This document shows positions 1-9,326 of a stretch of 64,000 nt of DNA, one piece after another. Origin of the DNA: an uncultured Chloroflexia bacterium (GTDB lineage Bacteria; Chloroflexota; Limnocylindria; Limnocylindrales; CSP1-4). Location: NCBI GenBank assembly GCA_963749705.1, contig CAVVNQ010000010.1:95359-159358 (forward strand), read 5' to 3'. A program made the translations under genes and the position numbers. Position 1 is the stretch's first letter. Each line of letters starts with the position of its first letter. The notes beneath the pieces were generated by a model. It made no database searches. It had not been told where the DNA came from and was given only the letters and a program-made list of their open reading frames with translations.

Positions 1-215
1 CCATCAGGGTCAGCCAGTCGACTCCGCTGGCATACACGGGCTTTGCGAACAGGCCGCCCGAGCCGAACGCGATGGCGCTGACGACGACCAGCATGATGCC
101 GGTGAGGCGGGTTCGGTCCACGCGCCGAGGGTACCCAAGCGGAGACCCCGGTGCCGCCCGTCGCGGGCGCCGACCGCGGCCGCGAGGTATCGGCACTCCG
201 CGTACACTGGGGACC

Positions 216-728
216 GTGGCTGAGCTGATCAAGCGCGCCGGACTGGCGCGTGTTCCCGCCCTCGCGGCAGAGCCGCTCATGGTCGTCGGACGCCGGGAGC
301 CCGTGACCGTCGGGCCCGGCACGACGCTGGCCGTCTGCCTGCTCGCGATCCAGCGCACCGGCACCGGAGACTCCGTGTTCATCACGGATGCGGACGGTCG
401 CCTGGTCGGCGTCCTGACGGAGCGCGATGTGTTCGGGCGCCTGGTCGGCCCCGATGTCGCGGCCGGCGTCGACGTCGATGCGCCGGTCGAGGACTACATG
501 ACCACGAACCCGCATACGCTCCACGTCGATGGCACGGTTCGCGACGCGCTGGTGCTGATGCAGCAGGGCCGCTATCGGAACGTCCCGGTCGTGGACGACG
601 ACGGGAAGCTCACCGGGGTCGTGCGCCAGATCGACATCCTCAAGTACCTGGCCGAGTCGTTCCCCGAGGAGATGCTCAACCTGCCGCCGCGGCCGCACCA
701 GCAGATCGAACAGGCCGAGGGCGGATGA
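216..728 (+). CDS. CBS domain pair protein
   Basis: Two CBS repeats (GRLVGVLTERD; YRNVPVVDDDGKLTGVV). GTG at 216 is in frame and 7 nt after a TACACT -10 box. The stop overlaps the korA start. Confidence 0.85.
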   Translation: MAELIKRAGLARVPALAAEPLMVVGRREPVTVGPGTTLAVCLLAIQRTGTGDSVFITDADGRLVGVLTERDVFGRLVGPDVAAGVDVDAPVEDYMTTNPHTLHVDGTVRDALVLMQQGRYRNVPVVDDDGKLTGVVRQIDILKYLAESFPEEMLNLPPRPHQQIEQAEGG

Positions 729-2596
729 CGACACCGGCACAACCGATCGAGCACGACGTCCAGGAGCTCGACCGGGTCACCATCCGATTCGCCGGCGACT
801 CCGGCGACGGGATGCAGCTCACCGGGACCCAGTTCACCAGGACGGCCGCGGTGTTCGGCAACGACATCAGCACGTTCCCGGACTACCCCGCCGAGATCCG
901 TGCGCCCGCGGGCTCGCTGCCCGGCGTGTCGGGGTTCCAGATCAGCTTCTCGGCATCGGACATCCACACCCCGGGTGATGCGCCCGACGTCCTGGTCGCG
1001 ATGAACCCGGCCGCGCTCAAGACGAACATCGGCGACCTGCCGGCGGGCGGTGCGCTGATCGTCAACCGCGACGCCTTCACGGCCCACAACCTGAGCAAGG
1101 CCGCGTACGCCGAGAACCCGCTCACCGACGGCTCGCTCAAGCAGTACACGCTGTTCGAGGTGCCGATCAGCACCCTCAACGCGCTGGCGCTCGACGGGCT
1201 CGAGATGTCGAGCAAGCAGGTCGACCTGACCAAGAACTTCTTCGCGCTGGGACTGATGTTCTGGCTGTACGAGCGGAGCATGGATCCCACGCTCCGCTGG
1301 ATCGAGGAGAAGTTCGGCGCCCGCCCGGTCATCGCCGAGGCGAACCGCAGGGCACTCAAGGCCGGCTACGCCTACGGCGAGACGACCGAGATGTTCCACA
1401 CGACGTACCGGGTGCCGAAGGCAAAGCTTCCCCCCGGCACGTACCGCAACATCACCGGCAACGAGGCGACGGCGCTCGGCTTCCTGGCGGCGGCCCAGAC
1501 CGCGAAGCGCCCGCTGTTCTACGGCTCGTACCCGATCACGCCGGCGTCGGACATCCTCCACCAGCTCTCGGGCTACAAGGCGTTCGGGGTCAAGACGTTC
1601 CAGGCCGAGGACGAGATCGCCGCCATGGGCGCGACGATCGGCGCGGCGTACGGCGGGGCGCTGGCACTGACCGGCACATCCGGGCCCGGCCTCGCGCTCA
1701 AGACCGAGGCCATGGGCCTGGCCGTGATGACCGAGCTGCCGATGGTCATCGTCAACGTCCAGCGCGCGGGACCGTCGACCGGCCTGCCGACCAAGGTCGA
1801 GCAGGCGGACCTGATGCAGGTCATGTTCGGACGCAACGGCGAGTCGCCGATGCCGATCGTGGCGCCCGCCACCCCGGGTGAATGCTTCTCGATGGCGATC
1901 GAGGCATCGCGCCTGGCGCTCAAGTACATGACGCCGGTCGCGTATCTCTCGGACGCATCGGTCGCCAACGGGGCGGAGCCGTGGCGGATCCCGTCCCTGG
2001 CCGACCTGCCGGACATCTCGGTCGCCAACGCCGTCCGCGGCGAGGGGACGTTCCTGCCGTATTCCCGGGATCCCGAGACCCTCGCCCGGCCGTGGGCCGT
2101 GCCCGGCACCGCAGGGCTCGAGCACAGGATCGGCGGGCTCGAGAAGGCGGACGGCCTGGGCAACGTGTCCTACGACCCGGACAACCACCACCGGATGTCG
2201 CTGCTGCGGGCCGAGAAGGTGGCCCGGATCGCCGGCGACATCCCGCCGCTCGACGTGTTCGGACCCGACCACGGCGACCTGCTGATCATCGGCTGGGGCT
2301 CGACCTACGGAGCGCTCCGGAGCGCCGCCGAGCGGCTCCAGGCGGGCGGGCGCTCGGTGGCCCACGCCCACCTGCGGTACCTCAACCCGTTCCCCGCCAA
2401 CACCGGCGACGTGCTGCGCGGCTACCGGCGCGTGCTGGTGCCCGAGATCAACCTCGGCCAGCTGTGGTTCCTGCTGCGCGGCCGGTACCTGGTCGACGCC
2501 ATCAGCTACGGCAGGGTTCGCGGCAAGCCGTTCCGGATCCAGGAGATCGTGGACGAGGCGCAGCGCGTGCTCGACGAGGGGGAGGCTGCCCGATGA
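725..2596 (+). CDS. korA: 2-oxoacid:ferredoxin oxidoreductase alpha subunit
   Basis: AGDSGDGMQLTG, YPITP, QAEDEIAA, TSGPG and QRAGPSTGLPTK motifs. Confidence 0.93.
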   Translation: MTTPAQPIEHDVQELDRVTIRFAGDSGDGMQLTGTQFTRTAAVFGNDISTFPDYPAEIRAPAGSLPGVSGFQISFSASDIHTPGDAPDVLVAMNPAALKTNIGDLPAGGALIVNRDAFTAHNLSKAAYAENPLTDGSLKQYTLFEVPISTLNALALDGLEMSSKQVDLTKNFFALGLMFWLYERSMDPTLRWIEEKFGARPVIAEANRRALKAGYAYGETTEMFHTTYRVPKAKLPPGTYRNITGNEATALGFLAAAQTAKRPLFYGSYPITPASDILHQLSGYKAFGVKTFQAEDEIAAMGATIGAAYGGALALTGTSGPGLALKTEAMGLAVMTELPMVIVNVQRAGPSTGLPTKVEQADLMQVMFGRNGESPMPIVAPATPGECFSMAIEASRLALKYMTPVAYLSDASVANGAEPWRIPSLADLPDISVANAVRGEGTFLPYSRDPETLARPWAVPGTAGLEHRIGGLEKADGLGNVSYDPDNHHRMSLLRAEKVARIAGDIPPLDVFGPDHGDLLIIGWGSTYGALRSAAERLQAGGRSVAHAHLRYLNPFPANTGDVLRGYRRVLVPEINLGQLWFLLRGRYLVDAISYGRVRGKPFRIQEIVDEAQRVLDEGEAAR

Positions 2597-3654
2597 CCGA
2601 CAAGGCGACCGGCCACTCCGCGATCCCCGGCCTGCTCGACACGCAGCCGGTGCAGCTGACGCGGAAGGACTTCGTGTCCGACCAGGAGGTCCGCTGGTGC
2701 CCGGGCTGCGGGGACTACTCGATCCTCGCCCAGACGCAGAAGGTCATGCCGGACTTCGGCGTGCCGCGCGAGAACATCGTGTTCATCTCCGGCATCGGCT
2801 GCTCGGGCCGGCTGCCCTACTACATGAACACGTTCGGGTTCCATTCGATCCACGGGCGCGCCGCCACGCTCGCGACCGGGCTGCGGATCGTGCGGCCGGA
2901 CCTCATGGTCTGGGTGATCACCGGTGACGGCGACGCGCTGTCGATCGGCGGCAACCACTTCCTGCATTCGATGCGCCGCAACGTCGACTTCACGATGGTC
3001 ATGCACAACAACCGGATCTACGGCCTGACCAAGGGCCAGACGTCGCCCACGTCGGAGTTCGGCAAGCGCACCAAGTCCACGCCGCTGGGCTCGATCGACC
3101 GCCCGATCATGCCGCTCACGATCGCGCTGGCCGCCGAGGCCACGTTCGTGGCGCGCACCGTGGACAACCACACCGAGCACCTTCAGCACACGCTCGAGGG
3201 CGCCGGCCGCCACCGCGGCGCGTCGTTCGTCGAGGTGCTCCAGAACTGCAACATCTTCAACGACGGCGCGTGGCGCGAGTTCACCGACCGCGAGGTGCGC
3301 GACGATCGGATGCTCGTGCTGGAGCACGGCAAGCCCCTGATCTTCGGCAAGGACCGCGACAAGGGGATCCGGCTCAACGGCCTGCATCCCGAGGTGGTCA
3401 CCATCGGGGAGGACGGTGTCACCGAGGACGACCTCGTCGTCCACGACGCGCACGCCGAGGATCCCTATCTCGCGCTCATCCTGTCGCGGATGTTCTGGCC
3501 GGAGTTCCCCGTCCCGGTCGGCGTGCTCCGCGACGTCGATCGACCCATCCTCTCGGACCTGCTCGAGGCACAGATGCAAAAGGCCATCGAGAAGTCCGGC
3601 GAGGGAGACCTCGAACAGGTCCTGCTGGCCGGCGAGACCTGGACCGTGGAGTAG
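2593..3654 (+). CDS. korB: 2-oxoacid:ferredoxin oxidoreductase beta subunit
   Basis: WCPGCGD, SGIGCS, GDGD TPP motif and YGLTKGQ. ATGA overlap with korA. Confidence 0.93.
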   Translation: MTDKATGHSAIPGLLDTQPVQLTRKDFVSDQEVRWCPGCGDYSILAQTQKVMPDFGVPRENIVFISGIGCSGRLPYYMNTFGFHSIHGRAATLATGLRIVRPDLMVWVITGDGDALSIGGNHFLHSMRRNVDFTMVMHNNRIYGLTKGQTSPTSEFGKRTKSTPLGSIDRPIMPLTIALAAEATFVARTVDNHTEHLQHTLEGAGRHRGASFVEVLQNCNIFNDGAWREFTDREVRDDRMLVLEHGKPLIFGKDRDKGIRLNGLHPEVVTIGEDGVTEDDLVVHDAHAEDPYLALILSRMFWPEFPVPVGVLRDVDRPILSDLLEAQMQKAIEKSGEGDLEQVLLAGETWTVE

Positions 3655-3658
3655 CCAG

Positions 3659-4159
3659 ATGCTCTGCCCCGTCTGCCGACACGACAACTTCGAGGGCGAG
3701 GCCCTGTGCGCGAACTGTGGCGCCGACCTCGCCAGCAGCGACATTCGGCCGCCCCTGGCCGAGGATGACGGCAACGTCCTGAGCGAGCGCGTCGACGCCC
3801 TCCCGATCGAGCACCCGCAGATCGTCGAGCCGAGCTTCCCGGTGGCCGACGCCATCCGCGCGATGCACGGGTCGGACTCGGACTGCCTGCTCGTGTGCGA
3901 GGACGGTCGCCTGATCGGCATCTTCACCGACCGGGATGCCTCGGTGAAGGCGGTCGACAAGCGGCTCGGCCTGTTCAAGGTGCGGGACTTCATGACCGCC
4001 GATCCCGTCGTGCTGCGGCACGAGGACACGGTCGCGGTCGCGATCAACAAGATGGCCGTCGGCGGCTTCCGACACCTGCCCATCGTCGAGGGCGACCGCC
4101 CCACCGGCGTCCTGACCGCGGCCGACGTGTTCCGCCACATCGTCTCGCTCCTGGGGTGA
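3659..4159 (+). CDS. Zinc-ribbon plus CBS domain protein
   Basis: N-terminal CPVC...CANC, then a CBS pair (GRLIGIFTDRD; GFRHLPIV). Confidence 0.85.
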   Translation: MLCPVCRHDNFEGEALCANCGADLASSDIRPPLAEDDGNVLSERVDALPIEHPQIVEPSFPVADAIRAMHGSDSDCLLVCEDGRLIGIFTDRDASVKAVDKRLGLFKVRDFMTADPVVLRHEDTVAVAINKMAVGGFRHLPIVEGDRPTGVLTAADVFRHIVSLLG

Positions 4160-4551
4160 GCGGCGCCGCCGGTGACCGGCGGCCGCGGATCGCGGTCGTC
4201 GCGGACGACCTGATCTGGTCGACCCGGCTGGCGGACGGCCTGCGCCGCGCGGGTGCCGATCCCGTGGCCGTTCGATCGACCGACGCGGTCATCACGGGCA
4301 TGTCCGATGCCGACGGCGTGATCGTCGATACGTCCGCACGCGCCTACGATCCGCTCGAGGTGCTGCGCGCCGCGGCGACGGGCGGCGTGCCCGCGATCGC
4401 CCTGGCGCCGCACGAAGACGCCGAGCTCCGGCGCGCGGCCATCGCCGCCGGCGCGTCGCGCGTGCACCCCTACCGGGCGCTGTTCGAGCGCGGCGATCGG
4501 GTGCTGGCGGCGTGGCTGGCGAGCCTGACACCCGAGGACCCACGAGCATGA
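4156..4551 (+). CDS. Atypical single-domain response-regulator receiver-like protein
   Basis: IAVVADD, VIVD and AIAAGA receiver-like pattern; conserved Lys absent. Overlaps both neighbours by 4 nt. Confidence 0.6.
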   Translation: MSGAAGDRRPRIAVVADDLIWSTRLADGLRRAGADPVAVRSTDAVITGMSDADGVIVDTSARAYDPLEVLRAAATGGVPAIALAPHEDAELRRAAIAAGASRVHPYRALFERGDRVLAAWLASLTPEDPRA

Positions 4552-5723
4552 GCATTCGCGACGGGATCCCCGCCGCGCGCTACGCCGAACGCCTCGCGGG
4601 CGCCCGCCGGGCCGCCGCGGTCGCCGGCCTCGACGGCCTCCTGGTCGGTGTCGGGGCCGACCTGCGCTACCTGACGGGCTACGACGCGATGGCGCTCGAG
4701 CGGCTGACCCTGCTCGTCCTGCCGACCTCCGACGAGGCGCCGGCGACCCTGATCGCCCCTCGTCTCGAGGCGACGCCGGCGCGGACCTGCCCCGCGACGG
4801 TCGGCGGCGCGGTGGTCGTCGTGACCTGGGAGGAGACCGAGGATCCGCTGGACCTGGTCGCGGCACGCCTGGCCGAGGCGTGCCGGGTCGATCCGGCCGG
4901 CGTGCATGCCGTCGCGGTGTCGGACGGGCTGCGTGCGGCGTTCGTGCTCGGTCTCCAGCGCGTCCTTCCCGGGGCAGCGTTCTCGCTGGCCTCGGCGGTG
5001 CTCGCGGGGCTCCGGATGCGCAAGGACGCCGACGAGATCGAGCTCCTCCGGCGCGCGGCCCAGGCGGCCGATCGCGTGGTTGCGGCGATCGCGGCCGGGC
5101 GCCTCGTGGGGCGGACCGAGGCCGACGTCGCGCGCGAGGTCCGGGAGCGGCTCGTCGCCGAGGGGCACGACGGGGCCGAGTTCTGGATCGTGGCTTCGGG
5201 CCCTAACAGCGCGTCTCCGCACCACGATCCGGGCGACCGGGTGATCTCCCCGGGCGACCCGATCGTGCTCGACATCGGCGGCACCGTCGCCGGCTACGGC
5301 AGCGACATCACGCGCACGCTGTGGGTCACCGGCGGCGACGCCGGGTCGGGTCCCGACGAGCCGTTCCGGCACCTGTACGAGGTGCTCCGCTCGGCTCAGG
5401 CAGCGGCAACCGCGGCGGTCCGCCCGGGTGTGGCGGCCGAGCGGATCGACGCCGTCGCCCGCGGGATCATCACGGACGCCGGCTACGGCCCGAGCTTCTT
5501 CCACCGGACCGGGCACGGGATCGGGCTCGAGGGCCACGAGGAGCCGTACATCGTCGAGGGCAGCGCCCATGCGCTGGAGCCCGGGATGGCATTCTCGGTG
5601 GAGCCCGGGATCTACCTCGAGGGACGGTACGGAGCGCGGATCGAGGACATCGTCGTGTGCGGGGACACGGGACCGCTCGTGCTCAACGAGGCACCCCGCG
5701 GCCTCCTCGTCGTCGACGGCTGA
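4548..5723 (+). CDS. Xaa-Pro peptidase (M24 family)
   Basis: GYGSDITRT, HRTGHGIGL, EPGIY and RIEDIV metal-binding motifs. Confidence 0.92.
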   Translation: MSIRDGIPAARYAERLAGARRAAAVAGLDGLLVGVGADLRYLTGYDAMALERLTLLVLPTSDEAPATLIAPRLEATPARTCPATVGGAVVVVTWEETEDPLDLVAARLAEACRVDPAGVHAVAVSDGLRAAFVLGLQRVLPGAAFSLASAVLAGLRMRKDADEIELLRRAAQAADRVVAAIAAGRLVGRTEADVAREVRERLVAEGHDGAEFWIVASGPNSASPHHDPGDRVISPGDPIVLDIGGTVAGYGSDITRTLWVTGGDAGSGPDEPFRHLYEVLRSAQAAATAAVRPGVAAERIDAVARGIITDAGYGPSFFHRTGHGIGLEGHEEPYIVEGSAHALEPGMAFSVEPGIYLEGRYGARIEDIVVCGDTGPLVLNEAPRGLLVVDG

Positions 5724-5866
5724 CGCGCACGCCGGTCGTCCGGCCACCGGCGCATCGGGCCATGGCGCGGTATCATCCCTCGAACGGTCGCCACCTCGAC
5801 CGGACGTCAGAGCCCAGCCATGTCGATCCTTCCCGCGCGGACCCTCCGTCCGCGTGATCCGCACCA

Positions 5867-6487
5867 ATGAGCCGCCGCGCGCGGCACGGTCGATCCCCGC
5901 ATGCGCACGGGTCGCCCAGGTCCGCCAGGCCCGCGAGCGCCACGCCGGACCGCCCGTTCGCGGCCACCACGGAGCCGCTCTCCCCGGCGGATCCTGCGGC
6001 ATCGCTGATCCCGGAGCCCCAGCCGTTCGAGCTGCATCCGCCCGAGGTCATCACCGGGTCCGCGATCGCGCATGACCGCCCGGCGGCGGTTGCCGATGCG
6101 CGGGAGCGGGGGCACCTCCGCGCCGAACCGGCCGCAGGCCCCGCGTCATCCGATCGTGCCGGTCGGGACGAGGCGCCGGGGATGCCGGCCGCCGCGCCCG
6201 ATGCCCGCCCGACCTGCACCGTCGCCCAGCTGCGCCGGTTCATCAAGAGCCGGACCTGGGTGCCGATGCACGAGCTGCGTCGCAGGTTCGGGATCAATGG
6301 TGTCGAGGACGACGTCACGCCGATCCGCGTGGGCGGCGAGCGCCTGTACATCGGCCTCCCGTCGCCCGAGGGCCGGCTGATGGCCGAGCTGCTCTCCGGC
6401 GGCGACGTCGGGTACGAGCTGTCGCTGGACCCGTGCACGCCGATCGTCGTGGGCGTCTACCCGATGCGGCCCGTCCCCCGCTCCTAG
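5867..6487 (+). CDS. Hypothetical protein (disordered N-terminus, compact C-terminal domain)
   Basis: GC3-rich codon pattern in the C-terminal half. Start uncertain. Confidence 0.55.
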   Translation: MSRRARHGRSPHAHGSPRSARPASATPDRPFAATTEPLSPADPAASLIPEPQPFELHPPEVITGSAIAHDRPAAVADARERGHLRAEPAAGPASSDRAGRDEAPGMPAAAPDARPTCTVAQLRRFIKSRTWVPMHELRRRFGINGVEDDVTPIRVGGERLYIGLPSPEGRLMAELLSGGDVGYELSLDPCTPIVVGVYPMRPVPRS

Positions 6488-6513
6488 GCTGGCGCCGGCC
6501 CGCCCTCGGCGGC

Positions 6514-8334
6514 TCAGCTCTCCGAGTACGCCTTGGGCAGTGACTCGACCGTCGGCACCTTCGTCCGCAGGTCGCGCAGGGCGGCCTGGTCCATCGACGC
6601 GAGGCGCGGCAGGTCGGGCTGGTTCGTGCGCAGCAGCCGCTCGGTCAGCGTGGACAGCAGCAGCTTGTTCACCTCGGGCACGTCCATGACGCCGCGGAGG
6701 GCGTCGGCGGGGACCTCCATGAGCGTGCTCGGCCGTGAGGCCACCACGTCCGCCGTCCGCGCGCTGCCGGTGAGCGCCGCGATCTCGCCGAAGAAGTCGC
6801 CCGCGCCCATCGTCGACAGCCCGCGATAGCCACCCTCGGCATCGGGGACGCCGGCGGCGGCCTCGCCCTTGAGGATGAAGTACGCGGCGTTGGCCTGCTC
6901 GCCGTGCATGACGAGCCGGGCGCCTTCGGGGACCTCGCGAACCACCGCATCCTTGATGAACGCCGCCCGCTGCGAGGCGTTCAACAGGCTGAACGTGGCC
7001 AGCCGGCCGACCAGGCGGTCGAAGTCGGCGAGCGTCGCCGGTCGCACGACGACGTCACCCGTCACCCGCGCCGCGCGCAGCGCCGACAGCCCGCGACGCC
7101 ACTCGGCAGCCGGCCGTCCGACGCCCGGGGCGACGAGTGACGCGATGCCCACCGCGAGGGTCACCAGCGCGACGAAGCCAAGGAGCAGGCGCACGTCGAG
7201 CACGTCGGCCAGCCCGGCGCATGCCATCCCGGCCAGGAAGATCACGTCGCGCATGACGAACAGGCCGGAGAACACGCGGCCCCGCATCTCGCGCGGCGTG
7301 TTGCGCTGGAGCAGCGTCTGGCGGGCAACGGACGTCGGTGAGTTGAAGAACCCGCTGATCATCGCGAACGCGATCGCGACCCCGATCACCGGCGAGGCGG
7401 CATAGAGCAGGCTGGCGATGCCCATGCCCGCCGATCCGACGAACACCCACAGCCCGGTCTGGAGGCGGGCGCTGTAGCGGGCCATGAACAGGCTGCCCAG
7501 CACGAAGCCAACCGAGGTCAGGCCCTCCTGGATCCCGTACTCGAACTCGGTCGCGTGGAGCTCCCGGATGGCCATCGGCAGCAACAGGACGTTCCACAGC
7601 CCGAACACGAAGAAGATCGGCGCCCCGAGCAGGAACAGCGAGCGCAGCATGGGCGTGCGCGCAATGGTCATGATCCCGGACCTGAGGTTGGTGATCACCA
7701 CGCCGACCGAGGTCTCCTCCTCGACCTCGATCCTCGATCGGACGCGGAGCAGCCAGATGCAGCCGGCCGAGAACAGGAACGTGAGGGCGTCGATCCAGAA
7801 TGCCCAGTAGATGCTGAACGCCGACGCCAGCAGACCCGCACCCGCGAACCCGATCGCGGTCGAGCCGAACGAGGCGATCGAGAGGTAGGCGTTGGCCGCG
7901 GCCAGCTCCTCGTCGCTCGCGATCTCGGGGATGATGCTCTCGTAGGCGGGGTCGAAGAACTGCTTGACGCCCGCGTTGACCAGGAGCGCGACGAACAGCA
8001 GCGAGACGTCGAGCCCGATCAGGAACGGGATCGAGGCGACGATCACCGCCTGTCCGAGGTTGCTTGCGAGCATGATCGAGCGCCGGTCGAAGCGATCCAC
8101 GAACACGCCGGCGACGAGGCCCACGATCAGGCTGGGCACGGCCGTGACCATCAGCGTGACGCCGACCAGGAAGGCGGAGCCGGTCCTGTCGTAGACGTAG
8201 ATCGCGGCGGCAAGGTCGGTCAGCGACGAGCCGGCCGTGGAGACGAGCTGCGCGAGCCACATCAGCCGGAAATCGCGCTTCCTGAACACCGCGGTCGGGG
8301 AGATCGGCTGGGTGGCCGGCGTGGCCTCGCTCAT
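6514..8334 (-). CDS. MFS transporter fused to a C-terminal cyclic-nucleotide-binding domain
   Basis: GVFVDRFDRR MFS motif A and about 12 hydrophobic segments. C-terminal GDFFGEIAAL...RTADV cNMP signature. Confidence 0.9.
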   Translation of the reverse strand: MSEATPATQPISPTAVFRKRDFRLMWLAQLVSTAGSSLTDLAAAIYVYDRTGSAFLVGVTLMVTAVPSLIVGLVAGVFVDRFDRRSIMLASNLGQAVIVASIPFLIGLDVSLLFVALLVNAGVKQFFDPAYESIIPEIASDEELAAANAYLSIASFGSTAIGFAGAGLLASAFSIYWAFWIDALTFLFSAGCIWLLRVRSRIEVEEETSVGVVITNLRSGIMTIARTPMLRSLFLLGAPIFFVFGLWNVLLLPMAIRELHATEFEYGIQEGLTSVGFVLGSLFMARYSARLQTGLWVFVGSAGMGIASLLYAASPVIGVAIAFAMISGFFNSPTSVARQTLLQRNTPREMRGRVFSGLFVMRDVIFLAGMACAGLADVLDVRLLLGFVALVTLAVGIASLVAPGVGRPAAEWRRGLSALRAARVTGDVVVRPATLADFDRLVGRLATFSLLNASQRAAFIKDAVVREVPEGARLVMHGEQANAAYFILKGEAAAGVPDAEGGYRGLSTMGAGDFFGEIAALTGSARTADVVASRPSTLMEVPADALRGVMDVPEVNKLLLSTLTERLLRTNQPDLPRLASMDQAALRDLRTKVPTVESLPKAYSES

Positions 8335-8469
8335 GACCTGTCCCCGCACGGATGCCCGGTCGTGTGCCGCATTCTCGGTCGTCCCTCTGGCCAGTGCGCC
8401 TCTCTCTGCGGCAACGGGTGACGGAGCCGGGGCGCCTGGGCTGGCGGAGAGTGTACGGTCCGCGGCCCC

Positions 8470-9063
8470 TCAGCGCTGGAGGTTCACGCCCTCGAGCGCC
8501 AGCAGCTCGCGCTTGAGCGCGAGCGCCGCCTCCACGCCACCCCAGGTCGCCGCGCCGTAGCCCCCGAGCGTGCCGTCGCCGGCGATCACGCGATGGCAGG
8601 GGATCAGCAGCCCGACCGGGTTGCGGCCAACGGCGCCCCCGACAGCCCGTGCGGCGCCACGGCGGCCGATCCGGCGGGCCACCTCGCCGTAGCTTGCGAC
8701 CTGGCCGCGCGGAATGGCTCGGACGGCCCCCAGCACGAGCCGGTCCCAATCGGAGCGGTCCGAGATGTCGATGGCCACGGCGTCCAGCGGGACCGGCTCG
8801 CCGGCCATCGCGCGACCGATCAGGTCGATCGCCGTCTCGAGATGGGTCCTGGCCGTGCCCGCGGGCGGCGCGGCAAGCGGCTCCGCCAGGCGCAGCCGCC
8901 GCCGCTCGAGACCTGCCTCGAACTCGCCGCCGCTCGACAGCATCGCCACGGCGACCACGCCCCGGGGGCCGGCGGCGATCCGGACCGGGCCCCACGGTCC
9001 GTCGATCACGGCGGTCGCCAGCCCGGCGTCCTCCGGCGGTCGCTGGCGATCGCGTGGCGTCAT
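8470..9063 (-). CDS. ogt: Methylated-DNA--protein-cysteine methyltransferase
   Basis: SYGEVA, AARAVG and the IPCHRV active site. Confidence 0.9.
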   Translation of the reverse strand: MTPRDRQRPPEDAGLATAVIDGPWGPVRIAAGPRGVVAVAMLSSGGEFEAGLERRRLRLAEPLAAPPAGTARTHLETAIDLIGRAMAGEPVPLDAVAIDISDRSDWDRLVLGAVRAIPRGQVASYGEVARRIGRRGAARAVGGAVGRNPVGLLIPCHRVIAGDGTLGGYGAATWGGVEAALALKRELLALEGVNLQR

Positions 9064-9073
9064 CCGGAAATGG

Positions 9074-9102
9074 TTGCACGTGCTGGCTGGATGGGGCACA
9101 CT
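9074..9102 (+). promoter_or_regulatory. Sigma70-type promoter of the lysine leader/operon
   Basis: TTGCAC (9074-9079), 17-nt spacer, CACACT (9097-9102), with ATG at 9112. Confidence 0.6.
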
Positions 9103-9111
9103 GCGCCGGCA

Positions 9112-9192
9112 ATGTTGCGCATCACCGTCAGCTTCGACGCCAAGAAGAAGCTCTGGCGGCCCCGCCGGAAGGCTCGGGCCCTGGGGCTCTGA
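9112..9192 (+). CDS. Putative lysine-operon leader peptide MLRITVSFDAKKKLWRPRRKARALGL
   Basis: 26-aa ORF with AAG-AAG-AAG at 9142-9150, lying between the promoter and a terminator upstream of dapB. Confidence 0.7.
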   Translation: MLRITVSFDAKKKLWRPRRKARALGL

Positions 9193-9242
9193 CGGCGCGC
9201 GAGCGACGATCATCGGGGCCTCCGGGACCGGAGGCGCCGAGG

Positions 9243-9280
9243 GGCCGTGACACCGCGATGGTGCCGCGGCCTTTGTGATT
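9243..9280 (+). terminator. Attenuator terminator upstream of dapB
   Basis: Stem GGCCGTGACACC / GGTGCCGCGGCC with a 5-nt loop, followed by TTTGTGATT. Confidence 0.7.
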
Positions 9281-9326
9281 CTCGGACCTCCGGAACCCGC
9301 GCCCAAACGCGGAAGGACGTTCGAGC

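Noticed and set aside
1-200. Gene at the left window edge
   Set aside because: Too little sequence to support a call.
9100-9326. Lysine riboswitch or T-box upstream of dapB
   Set aside because: I could not find the conserved lysine-riboswitch or T-box motifs by eye; a Lys-codon uORF plus terminator explains the region better. An Rfam scan is still needed.
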